This document shows positions 14,085 through 24,663 of a stretch of 64,000 nucleotides of DNA, piece by piece. The translations under genes and the position numbers were made by a program. Numbering within the stretch: the stretch's first letter is position 1; each line of letters begins with the position of its first letter. The notes beneath the pieces are model-generated. The model ran no database searches and was not told where the DNA came from. It saw only the letters and a list, made by a program, of their open reading frames with translations. This stretch comes from Convolutriloba macropyga (taxonomy: Eukaryota). The stretch is from the NCBI RefSeq assembly GCF_964194025.1, contig NC_134473.1, forward strand, positions 70,866,001 to 70,930,000, read 5' to 3'.

Positions 14085-14100
14085 GTGAATGCGCGGATAT

Positions 14101-14330
14101 AACCGACTAACGTCGAACGAAATGCTCACAAACGACTGGCGAACGTTTAATTTTTGTAAGTAGCTAGCTACGGCTTTAGGGAGGTCAACTTTATCTTAAG
14201 TGAAGGGTCGTAGGGTGAGCGCAGTTGGAGGGGTCAAGTGGGGTGTACGTAGGGGAGCAGTTTTCTCTATAAAAGTCACTCTAAATAATCTCGTCTTTTG
14301 CTCGGCAAAATGACGTAAACACTTTTTTAT
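14101..14330 (-). mobile_element. HINE-like family A, hairpin-end fragment
   Basis: AACCGACTAACGTCGAACGAAATGCTCACAAACGACTGGCG...; starts 16 bp after a splice donor. Confidence 0.65.
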
Positions 14331-14757
14331 CGTTCGCGGTATTTGGCTTCCTCAAAAACACTTCCTTTATAAAAAGAAGTCACTGATTGACAAAAATGCA
14401 TACCCTTACTCCTCGTCGAGTTGTGAAAAGACAATGCACTAATGCAATCTGATTTTTGAATGGTAAGGAAGGAAAGCGCTAAAATATTAGCCATTAAGAT
14501 GCTGATGGCGGTTATTAAAAAGAAGTAACAGGCGCTGAACAATTACGATAATTTTTACAGAGCTATAATTGCAGAAAATAAATTCAGGAAAGTGGTCACA
14601 ATTAACGGAGAAAAGAAGTCACCACATAGCTCAAATCAGCAAAACCATTAAATCCAAATTTGTGTTTAATAACATTATTAGATGTAGCATTTGCTGAGGC
14701 ATCAGCCTGCGTGCTATACAATTTTCAATGGGGAAATATTTACTTTTCACACCAGGT

Positions 14758-15712
14758 ACACTCCAAGGATGAGGTGAGCAACCCAAGCCAGCTCTAATCA
14801 GACTGACTCGCGTCACGCACAGGGGGTACCAGAAACTCCAGACCAAAATCAGCGCCGATCAGACCAATATGGGTTTCGAACTGGATTGCCAGACCCAAAA
14901 GGGTCGCGCTCCAGGGGTACATCAACTGACCTTTTTAATTGTTGAAGCAGCGTTAATTATTGGCAGAATGTACTGTTTTAAGAAAATTAGACATCATCTT
15001 ATGTAGAAGGTTGTTGACTTCTTCATTGAAATATTTATATTTTTGTTCCAAAAAAAGATTCATTCATCAGCAATTACTAAAACTAAGTCTTTAGTGTGGT
15101 ATTTGAGGCTCATAAAATAAAATTGGGAAGTGCTCGTCAAAAAACAGTCACCTAATGGGTTTATTAAATCTCCGTTTTTCGGTTGGACTTCTTAGTTTGG
15201 AGCAGACTTTCCAGACTCTGGAAAGATTTCTAATCAGACCTGCATGCTCTGGAAAGGGCTGTGTTGAGACTATTCGGATCATACCATGAAACAATCCAGA
15301 CTCCATACGACGCAAATATCAGACTATCTAGACTCTGGGCTGAGATTTTCCAGACCGTAGGTATAGTGCGCTGATTAGACCATGTGTGCGGACTCTGGGT
15401 GGGGTCTTAATCAAACTTTCCAGATCCTATACAGTCCTGTCAGACTCTGTGGAACTCCTCTTCTGTGAATTAAGCTCGACCATTTTTATCAAAAAGAAAT
15501 AGGCGTGACCCATGAAAAGAATTTAACTCGACTTTAACTGGGTCGTCGACCATGTAATTAAAGTCGTTTTAACCCCCCCCCCCGCGAGACTTTATAGGTC
15601 TTTTAATAAGTCGTGGCTTCGTCCTGGTATGGGTCGCGGTTTAACCCAAGTGCGCGCCACTAGTTGGTCTGATTAGAGCTGGCTTGAGTCGTTCACCTCA
15701 TCATCTTGGGGT
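14758..15712. mobile_element. Non-autonomous DNA transposon (~950 bp) with ~60-bp TIRs
   Basis: CCAAGGATGAGGTGAGCAACCCAAGCCAGCTCTAATCAGAC (14763-) pairs with GTCTGATTAGAGCTGGCTTGAGTCGTTCACCTCATCATCTTGG (15667-15709); internal CAGACT subrepeats. Superfamily not assigned. Confidence 0.75.
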
Positions 15713-16227
15713 AAAAATATACACGAACAGTTGGAAATTTTGAAACTTTGTCCAGAGAGAGACTCACGAACACAAAATTTTTTAAGAATTTGAGGAGGAG
15801 AAGGAAACAGATCTCGATTAGGTTGTTTTTTATCTGTCACATTTTCAGTGTCCCTCATTTGTGCTCTGAACACTATCCCTCTCTCCTCTCATCACTCGTC
15901 TATAGTTGGACGCGTCATCCACTCTCTCATTGTTCATGTTGTATCCTAACATGTCTTTCTTACCATCTCCTTCTCCTTCCTTATTGCCCCCCTCCCTCTC
16001 CCCCTCTCCATCTCCATCTCCCTCGCCCTCCTCTTCGTCGTCGTTGTAGTCTTCCTCGTCAGCCTCCATGAAAGTGGGAAGACCACCCGCGGCAAGAGGG
16101 GCGAACAGGTTTCGTTACTCAACATCATTTCACACAAAAATATAATATATTCCTATATTTTTCTGTAGTTTTGATTTAGCCGGAAGTTAATGTAAGATTC
16201 AATCAGAAAAAAAAAGAATGTCAATCA

Positions 16228-16634
16228 TGTCGGTTAATGGGAACGCAGAGACAAATCTTGTAATCGAATAGTTAAATTAGAAATAATGGTTGACAACTGT
16301 GGCGATTAACACGAAATTCAGTCCATATTTATTACCCCAAATTACCGCACTTTTACATTCATGGTGATCACCTTTAATTTATAACTTCCTTGACTTCTTA
16401 TGACATCCGATCTTAACTAGTTATTTACTCTGATAATTTACTTCTCTAAAAGATCAAGGGTCATCATATCACACATAACAATATGAAAAGTTGGGGACAA
16501 ATCTAGTATAAATAGCACGTGTTAGCTCCTTGTTGCATTCACTCATTTCATAAATAACCAAGATATAAATCAGCACGTGGATGAGGTACGTATATCTTTC
16601 CATACTTTAAACAATTAACATTATACTTTCAACA
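16228..16634 (-). repeat. Copia 3' LTR (407 bp)
   Basis: TGTCGG...TTTCAACA on the + strand; identical to 21658-22064. Element-strand AATAAA at 16328-16333. Confidence 0.98.
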
Positions 16635-16644
16635 CTCCTCCTAT
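16635..16644 (-). promoter_or_regulatory. Polypurine tract (ATAGGAGGAG) abutting the 3' LTR
   Basis: + strand CTCCTCCTAT lies immediately inside the LTR end. Confidence 0.85.
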
Positions 16645-16648
16645 CATG

Positions 16649-19600
16649 TTAAGTGTTTGTTCCGAGAAGGACATCACGAAAAAGTGATACTTTGGTCCTC
16701 CCCAATGCTTTTGTAAGTGTGTCTGCCGGCATGCGATCGGTAGGTAAGTAGTTTAGCTCTAATAGTCGACTTTCGACTAAATTCCGAACGAAGTGCACTT
16801 TTAATGAAAAGTGCTTTGTCTTTCCGTGATTCATCGAATTTTTACTAAGAGCAATACAAGCTTGATTGTCTACAAAGACGTTTACTGGCTGCTGGATTTC
16901 TAAATCTAATTCTCGTAATAGGTTAACTAAATGTACTGCTTCTTTACTGGCCTCTACTACGGCGTTAAGCTCAGCCTCAGCTGTTGAAGTAGATACACAC
17001 TTTTGTAACTTGCTAGCCCAACTGATTGCACCTGAACTATTATTAAGTTTAAAACAAAAACCACTTGTACTTTTTCTATTGTCTATGTTGCCTGCCCAAT
17101 CTGAGTCTGAAAATCCTGTTAACTCCAGTTTCTCACTTTTTCTAAAAACCATCTTCTCTGATTTTGTACCTTTTAGGTAACGTAAACACCCTTTTGCCGC
17201 ATTCCAATGTCGCCTTCCAGGATTTTCAACAAACGAACTCAATAAATTGGCTGCGTGCGCAATATCTGGTCTACTTGTTAATGCCAAATAGTTCAAACAT
17301 CCCACTATACCCCTATAATCACACGATTGCTTTTCTCTATGCTCATTGCTGCCGATTTCTGGTGAATCTAATTTTGATAGTTTCAGGCTAACATCTAAAG
17401 GTGTTTCCAGTGTCTTTGTTTCGCTCATGTTAAATTTCTCAAGTAATTTTTCTACATATGCTTCTTGGCTTAGCATAATTTCGTTTTGTGTTCGCTCAAT
17501 TTTTATATTTAAGAACCAGCTAAGATCTCCATAACTGCTAATTTGAAATTGCTCACTAACTTTAGTTTTAAAGTTTTCACAAAAGTCTTCCTGCAATCCT
17601 AATATCACCATATCATCTACCCAAAGACACACTAATCCTTCTATACCATTTTCTCCTTTCTTTATGAAAAGACACTCATCTTGAATAGCCGGCGTGAAAC
17701 CTAATTGGTTGAGAAAAGTTTTGATTGTTAAGTACCAATTTCTACCGGACTGTTTCAAACCATATAAACTTTTCCTCAGCTTACAAATTAATGGATTTCC
17801 TTGCTTGTCAAACTTTTCAAACCCTTCGGGCTGTTGCATAAAGATTTCTTCTTCGATGTCAGCGTTTAAGTATGCTGTTTTGATATCCATTTGTTTTAAC
17901 TCGGTGTTTTTAAATACTGCGTAGCTTATCAGTACTCGAATTGTTGAGAGGCGTGTTGTTGGTGAGTAGGTTTCGTTGTAATCCCGACCTGGATCTTGGC
18001 TAAATCCTTTTGCTACGAATCTTGCCTTATACCTTGTTATCTCACCACTAGGACCAAACTTAAGAGCAAAGTGCCAGCGGCTACCAATGGGTTTATTTCC
18101 TTTGTTCTCTACCAGTTCCCAAACATTATTTTCCACTAATGAGTTGTATTCTAACTTCATTGCCTCGTACCAGTTTTTATCCCTAATTGCTTCATCAATG
18201 GACTTAGGTAGCAATTCGTTGTTAACAATTTCACCAAGGAAAGCTACCGGGTTTAAATCTCTATCACCATCTGAATGATGCTTGTTGACTATCTCCTCCT
18301 TCTTTTCTTTGACTTCAATAAACATTTCGTTTTCGTTGAAAGTTACATTGCGAGATTTTCTAACCTTAAAGACCCCTTTGTCATTTGGAGTACCTACCAG
18401 ATAAGTCTTACTATTGTCTGAAGACCCTAAGAATATTCCTTTTTGAGAAGTTCTATCAATCTTACCGCGAAAATTTTTTTCAACGTGAACGAAAGCTGAA
18501 CAACCAAACACTTTGATAGATTCTAAGTTAGGTTTCTTCTTGTACATTGCCTCAAAAGGTGTCTTCTGAATACCTGAATGGAAACAAAAATTTTTAATCT
18601 CACTTGCCATGTTAAGCGCATATGGCCAATACTCTTTTTCTAAACCTGACTGCTCTAAAAGACATCTAGCCATTGGGGTTATTGTCCCCCAATTCCTCTC
18701 AACCTTTCCGTTTTCTTGTGGTGTATACGGTGCCGAGAACTCAAGCCTAACGCCTTTTCGTCTACATAATTGTTTTATGTCATTTGACACATATTCCCCT
18801 GCACCGTCACAAACTAAGGTTCCTGGTTGTCCTATGTCTGCAAAGAACTGTTCAACTTTTTCAAAGGCCTCGTCCCTTGTCCTCAAAAAATATAGTTTCT
18901 GATATCTGCTAAAACTATCCACGAACCCTATTGCATACCTATGACCATCAACCGCTTCCGGTTGGATGGGCCCTAATATGTCGGTATGAACAATTTCTAA
19001 GACTTCACTTGCTCTTGTTTCTGAGTCTCTTGGTACTGGAAGTTTCTTTGATTTATTTAGCTGACATATTTCACAGTTTGCTAAATCATGCTCGTTTACT
19101 TTTAGCCCCACTGCGTGAACTTTTAATTTGTATATGTCCTCAACATTGTTATGACCCAAACGCTTATGCCACAAACTAAGGGGATCTCCATTTGCTAAGT
19201 TGCACTGCTCACCGTAATCAATGTTGTGCCAGATAAATAAACTATCTCTTTCCTCGAAAGGGAAAACTGTTCCGTTCTTGGTCCGTATTTCTAAAGTCAC
19301 ACCAAAGACGACCTCATTGCCTGTTGCTCTAAGTTTTGACACTGATATAAGATTCCTTGTGTTTTTGGGAACAAGCAACGCATTATTTAATCTTATTTTT
19401 CGCGCTAAACCATTGGAATCCAAAACCCTAATTTCAACTGTTCCTTTCCCACTAATTGAACTTTTACTGTTGTTTGCATTAGTGATGGTACCAGAATACT
19501 CCTTGTCTATATCTATGAATAAACTTTCATCTCTAATCATATGACTGGTAGCACCTGAGTCTAAAACTAGCTCATTTGCAAGGTTGTTTTCCGACGTTTG

Positions 19601-20521
19601 AAAGAAGGAAAAGATCTCTTCTTCTTCTTCTTCTTCTAAATTCTGCTCCTCAACTAAATTTTGCGTGCCCCTCTGGTTGGTTCTCCTGCTTTGACTTACA
19701 AACCTTTTCTCATATTTCTGTTGTTTTCCACAAAATTTAGCTATATGTCCGTGCTCACCACACTTAAAACATTTCATTTGAGAAGCTTTGGTTTGTTCAG
19801 GAATCGTTTTCTTAAACCTACATTCTTTTGCGATATGTCCCATTTTCTGGCAGTTGAAACATTTCCGTTCCTTATTAAAGAATACGCTCTCTGTTTTGGT
19901 TTTTACATTTTCATTATCGAAGTTTATCAGGTCTCGTTTTATTTCCTCTAGAGTTTTCTCGTCTTTGCTGTATTTCACGAGTGTTGCGAAATTTTCATAT
20001 TCCTTCGGGAGCCCTTTTAGAATTATTGAGACAAACATTTGTTCACTAATTCCTTCATTCACTAGTGTTAAGTTGTATTGCATATCATCTGCTCTGGTTA
20101 GATAATCTACTATACTCTCACTTGAAGTCTTCCTAAGGCTAGTTAATTGCGCTATCAATTTGTGTAGCTGGGGTCTCTCAAAACTTTTGAAGCGTTTACA
20201 CAGTACATCCCAAGCTCTGGTGCCATCACCCTTATGTGGTCTAAGAAAAAGAACTGATGTTTTGTCTAAAGCCTGAACCAACTCGTACCACAATGTCTTC
20301 TTTTTCTCTTCTAATTCTTCCCTCCCCTTTTCTATAGCTTGCCTACGTTGCTCCTCCGAAGAATTATTTCTAACAGCTTGCACATAATCTAGATAGGTGG
20401 CTTCTCCACTAAGAACTTTACCAAGTTTTAAAGAGTGCATACGAGCCTCAAACTGTTCAGCAAAATACAAGAAATCATCTTCACGCCCGCTGAATACCAA
20501 TCTTTCTAATTTTGAGCTCAT
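16649..20521 (-). CDS. Copia Gag-Pol polyprotein, 1290 aa
   Basis: Two CCHC knuckles (CFNCQKMGHIAKEC, CFKCGEHGHIAKFC); protease LDSGATSHM; WHKRLGH..CEIC; integrase HTD..CDGAGEY..ENGKVER; RT KSLYGLKQS, WVDD; RNase H DSDWAG, TAEAE, DNQA, ADTLTK. Confidence 0.99.
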   Translation of the reverse strand: MSSKLERLVFSGREDDFLYFAEQFEARMHSLKLGKVLSGEATYLDYVQAVRNNSSEEQRRQAIEKGREELEEKKKTLWYELVQALDKTSVLFLRPHKGDGTRAWDVLCKRFKSFERPQLHKLIAQLTSLRKTSSESIVDYLTRADDMQYNLTLVNEGISEQMFVSIILKGLPKEYENFATLVKYSKDEKTLEEIKRDLINFDNENVKTKTESVFFNKERKCFNCQKMGHIAKECRFKKTIPEQTKASQMKCFKCGEHGHIAKFCGKQQKYEKRFVSQSRRTNQRGTQNLVEEQNLEEEEEEEIFSFFQTSENNLANELVLDSGATSHMIRDESLFIDIDKEYSGTITNANNSKSSISGKGTVEIRVLDSNGLARKIRLNNALLVPKNTRNLISVSKLRATGNEVVFGVTLEIRTKNGTVFPFEERDSLFIWHNIDYGEQCNLANGDPLSLWHKRLGHNNVEDIYKLKVHAVGLKVNEHDLANCEICQLNKSKKLPVPRDSETRASEVLEIVHTDILGPIQPEAVDGHRYAIGFVDSFSRYQKLYFLRTRDEAFEKVEQFFADIGQPGTLVCDGAGEYVSNDIKQLCRRKGVRLEFSAPYTPQENGKVERNWGTITPMARCLLEQSGLEKEYWPYALNMASEIKNFCFHSGIQKTPFEAMYKKKPNLESIKVFGCSAFVHVEKNFRGKIDRTSQKGIFLGSSDNSKTYLVGTPNDKGVFKVRKSRNVTFNENEMFIEVKEKKEEIVNKHHSDGDRDLNPVAFLGEIVNNELLPKSIDEAIRDKNWYEAMKLEYNSLVENNVWELVENKGNKPIGSRWHFALKFGPSGEITRYKARFVAKGFSQDPGRDYNETYSPTTRLSTIRVLISYAVFKNTELKQMDIKTAYLNADIEEEIFMQQPEGFEKFDKQGNPLICKLRKSLYGLKQSGRNWYLTIKTFLNQLGFTPAIQDECLFIKKGENGIEGLVCLWVDDMVILGLQEDFCENFKTKVSEQFQISSYGDLSWFLNIKIERTQNEIMLSQEAYVEKLLEKFNMSETKTLETPLDVSLKLSKLDSPEIGSNEHREKQSCDYRGIVGCLNYLALTSRPDIAHAANLLSSFVENPGRRHWNAAKGCLRYLKGTKSEKMVFRKSEKLELTGFSDSDWAGNIDNRKSTSGFCFKLNNSSGAISWASKLQKCVSTSTAEAELNAVVEASKEAVHLVNLLRELDLEIQQPVNVFVDNQACIALSKNSMNHGKTKHFSLKVHFVRNLVESRLLELNYLPTDRMPADTLTKALGRTKVSLFRDVLLGTNT

Positions 20522-21302
20522 TGTTAGGCCTGTCTTACTTTCGTTTATTTTCCGTTCGTCTCAAATTAACACTTTAGCTTTAATTGTTCCCTACCGAAAC
20601 AAAGACTATGTCCTTTGTTTTTCTAAGCTATTACTGCTCTAGGTAAATATTCTTTTGTAACAAGGGTCGGGCTGTGAAAAATCTTGTTCGGACTTAGATC
20701 AAAACTGCTTTCCTTTCTACGCGTGTTTGAATCTGTTGCCTGTTGGTGGCTGTGTTATAGGGCGACGAAGCGGTGAGTCGTTATGTTTGTGTATCAAAAA
20801 AATGCTTTATAGCACCAGGTTAGCACTTGTTGTAATATGGTAGCACTTGTAAGAAAAAAAACACTAAGCAAAAAGAGTTTGGTCGACTAAATTAATCTAG
20901 AAGTTGGTGTTCTGTTCGAGTTCTGTAATATCCTTGACAAAATCGAAAGCAGGACATTGACATTGAGCCAGGGTTTTTCTTCCGCGATTAAGCACGATGA
21001 GGATACCAACACCCTCCGAGGATAATGTACTCGAACCCTAATCCTAGTCCTATTTAAGAAATGTTTTACCACCAACTTTTGTGTCTTTCGACCAAACTTG
21101 TATCTTACAGAAGCACAGCACACACAATTGAAAATGAAACAGTTGTTTAAGCTGAGCTGTTCTCAGCTATACTAAGCAATCCTGGTTCCCCGACAGCTCT
21201 GTTATACAATTGAACCTCCGCGCTCCTTTTTGATTCCCCACAACAGCTCCACTCACTCTTCTTCACAAGCAGAATCCACTGCTTAGCTACACACACTTAG
21301 CA

Positions 21303-21466
21303 CTCCACGATTGAAGTCCCCCGACCAGGTACACAAGCTCTCGACTCAACAGATGAAGTCCCCCAACCACTTACAAAAGCTTTCAACTCCACAATTGAAG
21401 TCCCCCAACCAGTCACACAAGCTTTCAACTCCACAACTGAGGTCCCCCAACCAGTTACACAAGCTT
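21303..21466. repeat. About 4 x 42-bp tandem repeat in the copia 5' leader
   Basis: Unit ~CTCCACAATTGAAGTCCCCCAACCAGTCACACAAGCTTTCAA, with imperfect copies. Confidence 0.9.
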
Positions 21467-21643
21467 CTTACTCTTGCTTCTTCTGGTCTCACTTGGCCAC
21501 TTCTTGACTACAAGGCTTGTCTCTCCTTGTCTTCTCTGTCTTCCTCCCCCAGTGATTTCAGCGATCCTCCTATGTAGCAAAGAGGCGCAGCAACAACGTT
21601 TTTCTATTTACGATGGGGGTTGATTACTTAACTTAGAAAAGCT

Positions 21644-21657
21644 CTGGGCCCATAACC
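21644..21657 (-). promoter_or_regulatory. Primer-binding site GGTTATGGGCCCAG (tRNAiMet nt 26-39, half-tRNA priming)
   Basis: Directly abuts the 5' LTR. Complementary to CUGGGCCCAUAACC of animal initiator tRNA-Met, as in Drosophila copia. Confidence 0.93.
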
Positions 21658-22064
21658 TGTCGGTTAATGGGAACGCAGAGACAAATCTTGTAATCGAATA
21701 GTTAAATTAGAAATAATGGTTGACAACTGTGGCGATTAACACGAAATTCAGTCCATATTTATTACCCCAAATTACCGCACTTTTACATTCATGGTGATCA
21801 CCTTTAATTTATAACTTCCTTGACTTCTTATGACATCCGATCTTAACTAGTTATTTACTCTGATAATTTACTTCTCTAAAAGATCAAGGGTCATCATATC
21901 ACACATAACAATATGAAAAGTTGGGGACAAATCTAGTATAAATAGCACGTGTTAGCTCCTTGTTGCATTCACTCATTTCATAAATAACCAAGATATAAAT
22001 CAGCACGTGGATGAGGTACGTATATCTTTCCATACTTTAAACAATTAACATTATACTTTCAACA
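21658..22064 (-). repeat. Copia 5' LTR (407 bp) with TATA-like TATAAA (21808-21813) and two CACGTG E-boxes (21946, 22004)
   Basis: Identical to 16228-16634. Motifs read directly from the sequence; their function is inferred. Confidence 0.97.
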
Positions 22065-23006
22065 AATCAGAATGTTTTTTCTTCAGAAAGACCATTGCCT
22101 TGCCATTGCTTTTGATTTAAGGTGGTTTATGAGTTTATGCCATTGCTATAGAGAGAGATGCACCTGAGATTTAGACGCTGGTTAGGGGCAGAGAAGGCGG
22201 ACTTATCTATCCAGAGACAAAAATAAATTTGACCCATTCCAGAGAATAAATGCTTAACGACAAAAACACCGAATGAATAATTTCAAAATGTTTCTAAATT
22301 TAGGCATTTAACAGTTTCTAAGAACTAGTTGCTCACATTTTTGTAAAAAGAGAATTAAAAATACAGAAATGTATGTTATTAGAAACTTTTTGTCTGTAAA
22401 TTGTCAGACAAGTAGCATCCAGGTTGATTTGGTAACTATAGACTCTATCAATTTTATTATGAATAAAACATTTGAAACAACCCCTAAACAAAGTTTAATA
22501 AAAAAAAATCACTGAAAAATTTAGGCAGAATCTAAGTGCTTCCAAAATAATAATTCCTGTTGTCAATAATTTAACATACAATTTTCTAGCCTTTTGTTTC
22601 ATCCGATTGGTTTAAGTTCCTAAATGCTTCAAGACGAAAACTTTAAAACCGAAAAAATTTTCTGCCTGAATTCTAAAAAGATTTAATATCCAAACGACAG
22701 CATATGATATAATAATACTCTACACAAAAAAATTGTTTGTCTCAAAAAGATATGCAGCTACGAAGATCACTCAGCTTTATCTACTGAATTTGACAAAAAA
22801 CGGACTCAGCAGTTGAGCAACAATAAATTCAACAATTTTTCAAAAAGTTGCTTTGCAGAGACAAGAAACTAAAACTTACCAAAAATTAACTAATCAGGAA
22901 ACAATTGTTTCTTTCTCACAGAATGAAGGTATTAATTGATCAGCGTAGATGAAATATAAGGTATACCTTAAAAACAATATAAAAAATTTGAAGGCCAGAT
23001 GAAAAA

Positions 23007-23662
23007 AACATAGCCTGCAGATTGCCGGAAAATATCCGCGATGGACGCTTGGGGCCTTCCATGAATGTAAACTACTAAAGAAATTAGATAGACAGATCGA
23101 CCACCAGTCCTTTAAAAGACCACTAGACTTTTTGGGTTAGCTTTGGACAGTCACTTTCATGAGACACATAAGCTCTATAAGGAGAAAGCGCTAATATGGC
23201 TTTTCAACATTAGGATCTTTTGACGTTTGTACCCCCTGAGCTCAGTGGGCGCATATTATTTGCAACCCTCAGATGCACGTGCAATATTTTTTGCATAATC
23301 GCTTATTATGTAATGGCACGTGCTCTGTAACTGGGGGCGCATAACGTACTGGGGGCACAAACGGAGAACATCCAAAAATTAATATTCGAAATCAAAAAAT
23401 CAAGACTCTAATAATCAAGAATTAGGGCATATACGTTTGGCACTACCTAGATGCACACTATTGACCTTTAATAAGTAAATGTTCATAAAATTTGAAGTTC
23501 CATAAGTGAGTTCAGAAGTCATCTTTGAGTGAGGTAAGTCATTGAAAAAGTCATTTCCAAGAAGTCAGGGTAAGACGAAACAAAAATCTGTTAGACGAAG
23601 GAAAAAAAGCGATATAATAGCCGTCTATAATAGCCGCCTGGAATTGAGGACGCAGCTATTAA
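23007..23662 (-). mobile_element. HINE-like family B copy containing a nested MITE
   Basis: AACATAGCCTGCAGATTGCCGGAAAATATCCGC ... GCAGCTATTAA; internal GAGTGAGGTAAGTCA. Confidence 0.7.
23213..23373. mobile_element. ~160-bp MITE (possibly Tourist/Harbinger-like)
   Basis: GGATCTTTTGACGTTTGTACCCCC / GGGGGCACAAACGGAGAACATCC imperfect TIR; TTA left flank. Confidence 0.55.
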
Positions 23663-23673
23663 AAATTGAATAT

Positions 23674-24176
23674 AACCGGCTAGCGTTGGGTGAATTGCTC
23701 ACAAACGACCCACGAGCAGTTAGCGTCGTCAGTAGCTAGCCACGGTTTAGTGAGGCTAGCTTTAGCTTAATTGAAAGGCGTGATGAGAGCTCAACGGGGG
23801 GTGCAGGGGGTGAGGCAGTTGTGGGTTCTTTGGATGCACAGGGCCTTTACCGCTTGAATCATGTGCAGGGGTGTGGATTGAGGTGGGGCTGGTGATGTGG
23901 AGCGGGGGTGTGGTTGTTGGGGAGTCAACTTGTAGGAACGGCCCTTCACACCATAAAAATAAGTCGCTAAAACAGTTTCTGTGAATCGCATACTTTGAGA
24001 CTGGTGAGCTGAAAAGCGCTAAGATCACTTAATATCCGCTGGGCGCTACCTGCTTATCCCGCTTTTGAGGACGAAAAGTAAAATGGGTCAGGCGAAAAAT
24101 GCGTCAAGCGAAAGATTGCATAAAAAAACCAACAGGACTAATAAAATTTCTACAAACTTCGTTTGAGAGCAATTTA
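23674..24176 (-). mobile_element. HINE-like family A copy, head-to-tail with the preceding family B copy
   Basis: AACCGGCTAGCGTTGGGTGAATTGCTCACAAACGA ... TCGTTTGAGAGCAATT. Confidence 0.8.
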
Positions 24177-24663
24177 AAACCAAATGAAGTGCTGTCATTA
24201 TATTATTTTTGTCTCCTAAATGTTTTGTTTGCAATAATAATTGTCAGTCAAAGAAAATAATGAAACAGATAGCTGGAGACATCATTGGCATTTGATATCT
24301 GAAATCAAATTAGCTAATTAGTTTCGTTGTTTTATTATTCTCAAAAAATTTGCAGCTCTTATGAGAATTTTTTGAACAAGCTGAGAATCATTTTATAAAA
24401 CAGTTTTCAGATTATGTTTTTATTATATTTCATTTAAAATTGCAGTTTCTCTGCCAAATATTTTTAAATCTATATATGATGCCTACTGAACATTTTTAAT
24501 GTTTTCTGTCTATTCTTAATAGCTGAATTTGAGATTTGATCTTATGAATATCATTTTCTCATGTTTTTATCTATTTTTTGTATTAAAAATTGTATTTTCA
24601 AACACTACAGAAGCAAAAAAAATTAATATTTGGAACATTTGTGTTTCCTGGATTAATAAACAT

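Larger units (their letters stand above)
16228..22064 (-). mobile_element. Full-length Ty1/copia LTR retrotransposon (half-tRNA-primed, hemivirus-type), very recent insertion
   Basis: Two identical 407-bp TG...CA LTRs; 5-bp TSD AATCA (16223-16227 / 22065-22069); PBS; PPT; intact gag-pol in PR-IN-RT-RH order. Confidence 0.99.

Noticed and set aside
16866-20642. Short + strand ORFs within the copia
   Set aside because: Antisense shadows of gag-pol with no recognisable domains.
21303-21466. 42-bp repeats or dispersed HINE repeats as a CRISPR array
   Set aside because: No unique spacers and no cas genes; the context is eukaryotic and these are tandem or TE repeats.
21576-21657. tRNA-Met gene
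   Set aside because: Only the 5' half is matched, split by a spacer, with no T-arm or acceptor 3' strand; it is a primer-binding region.
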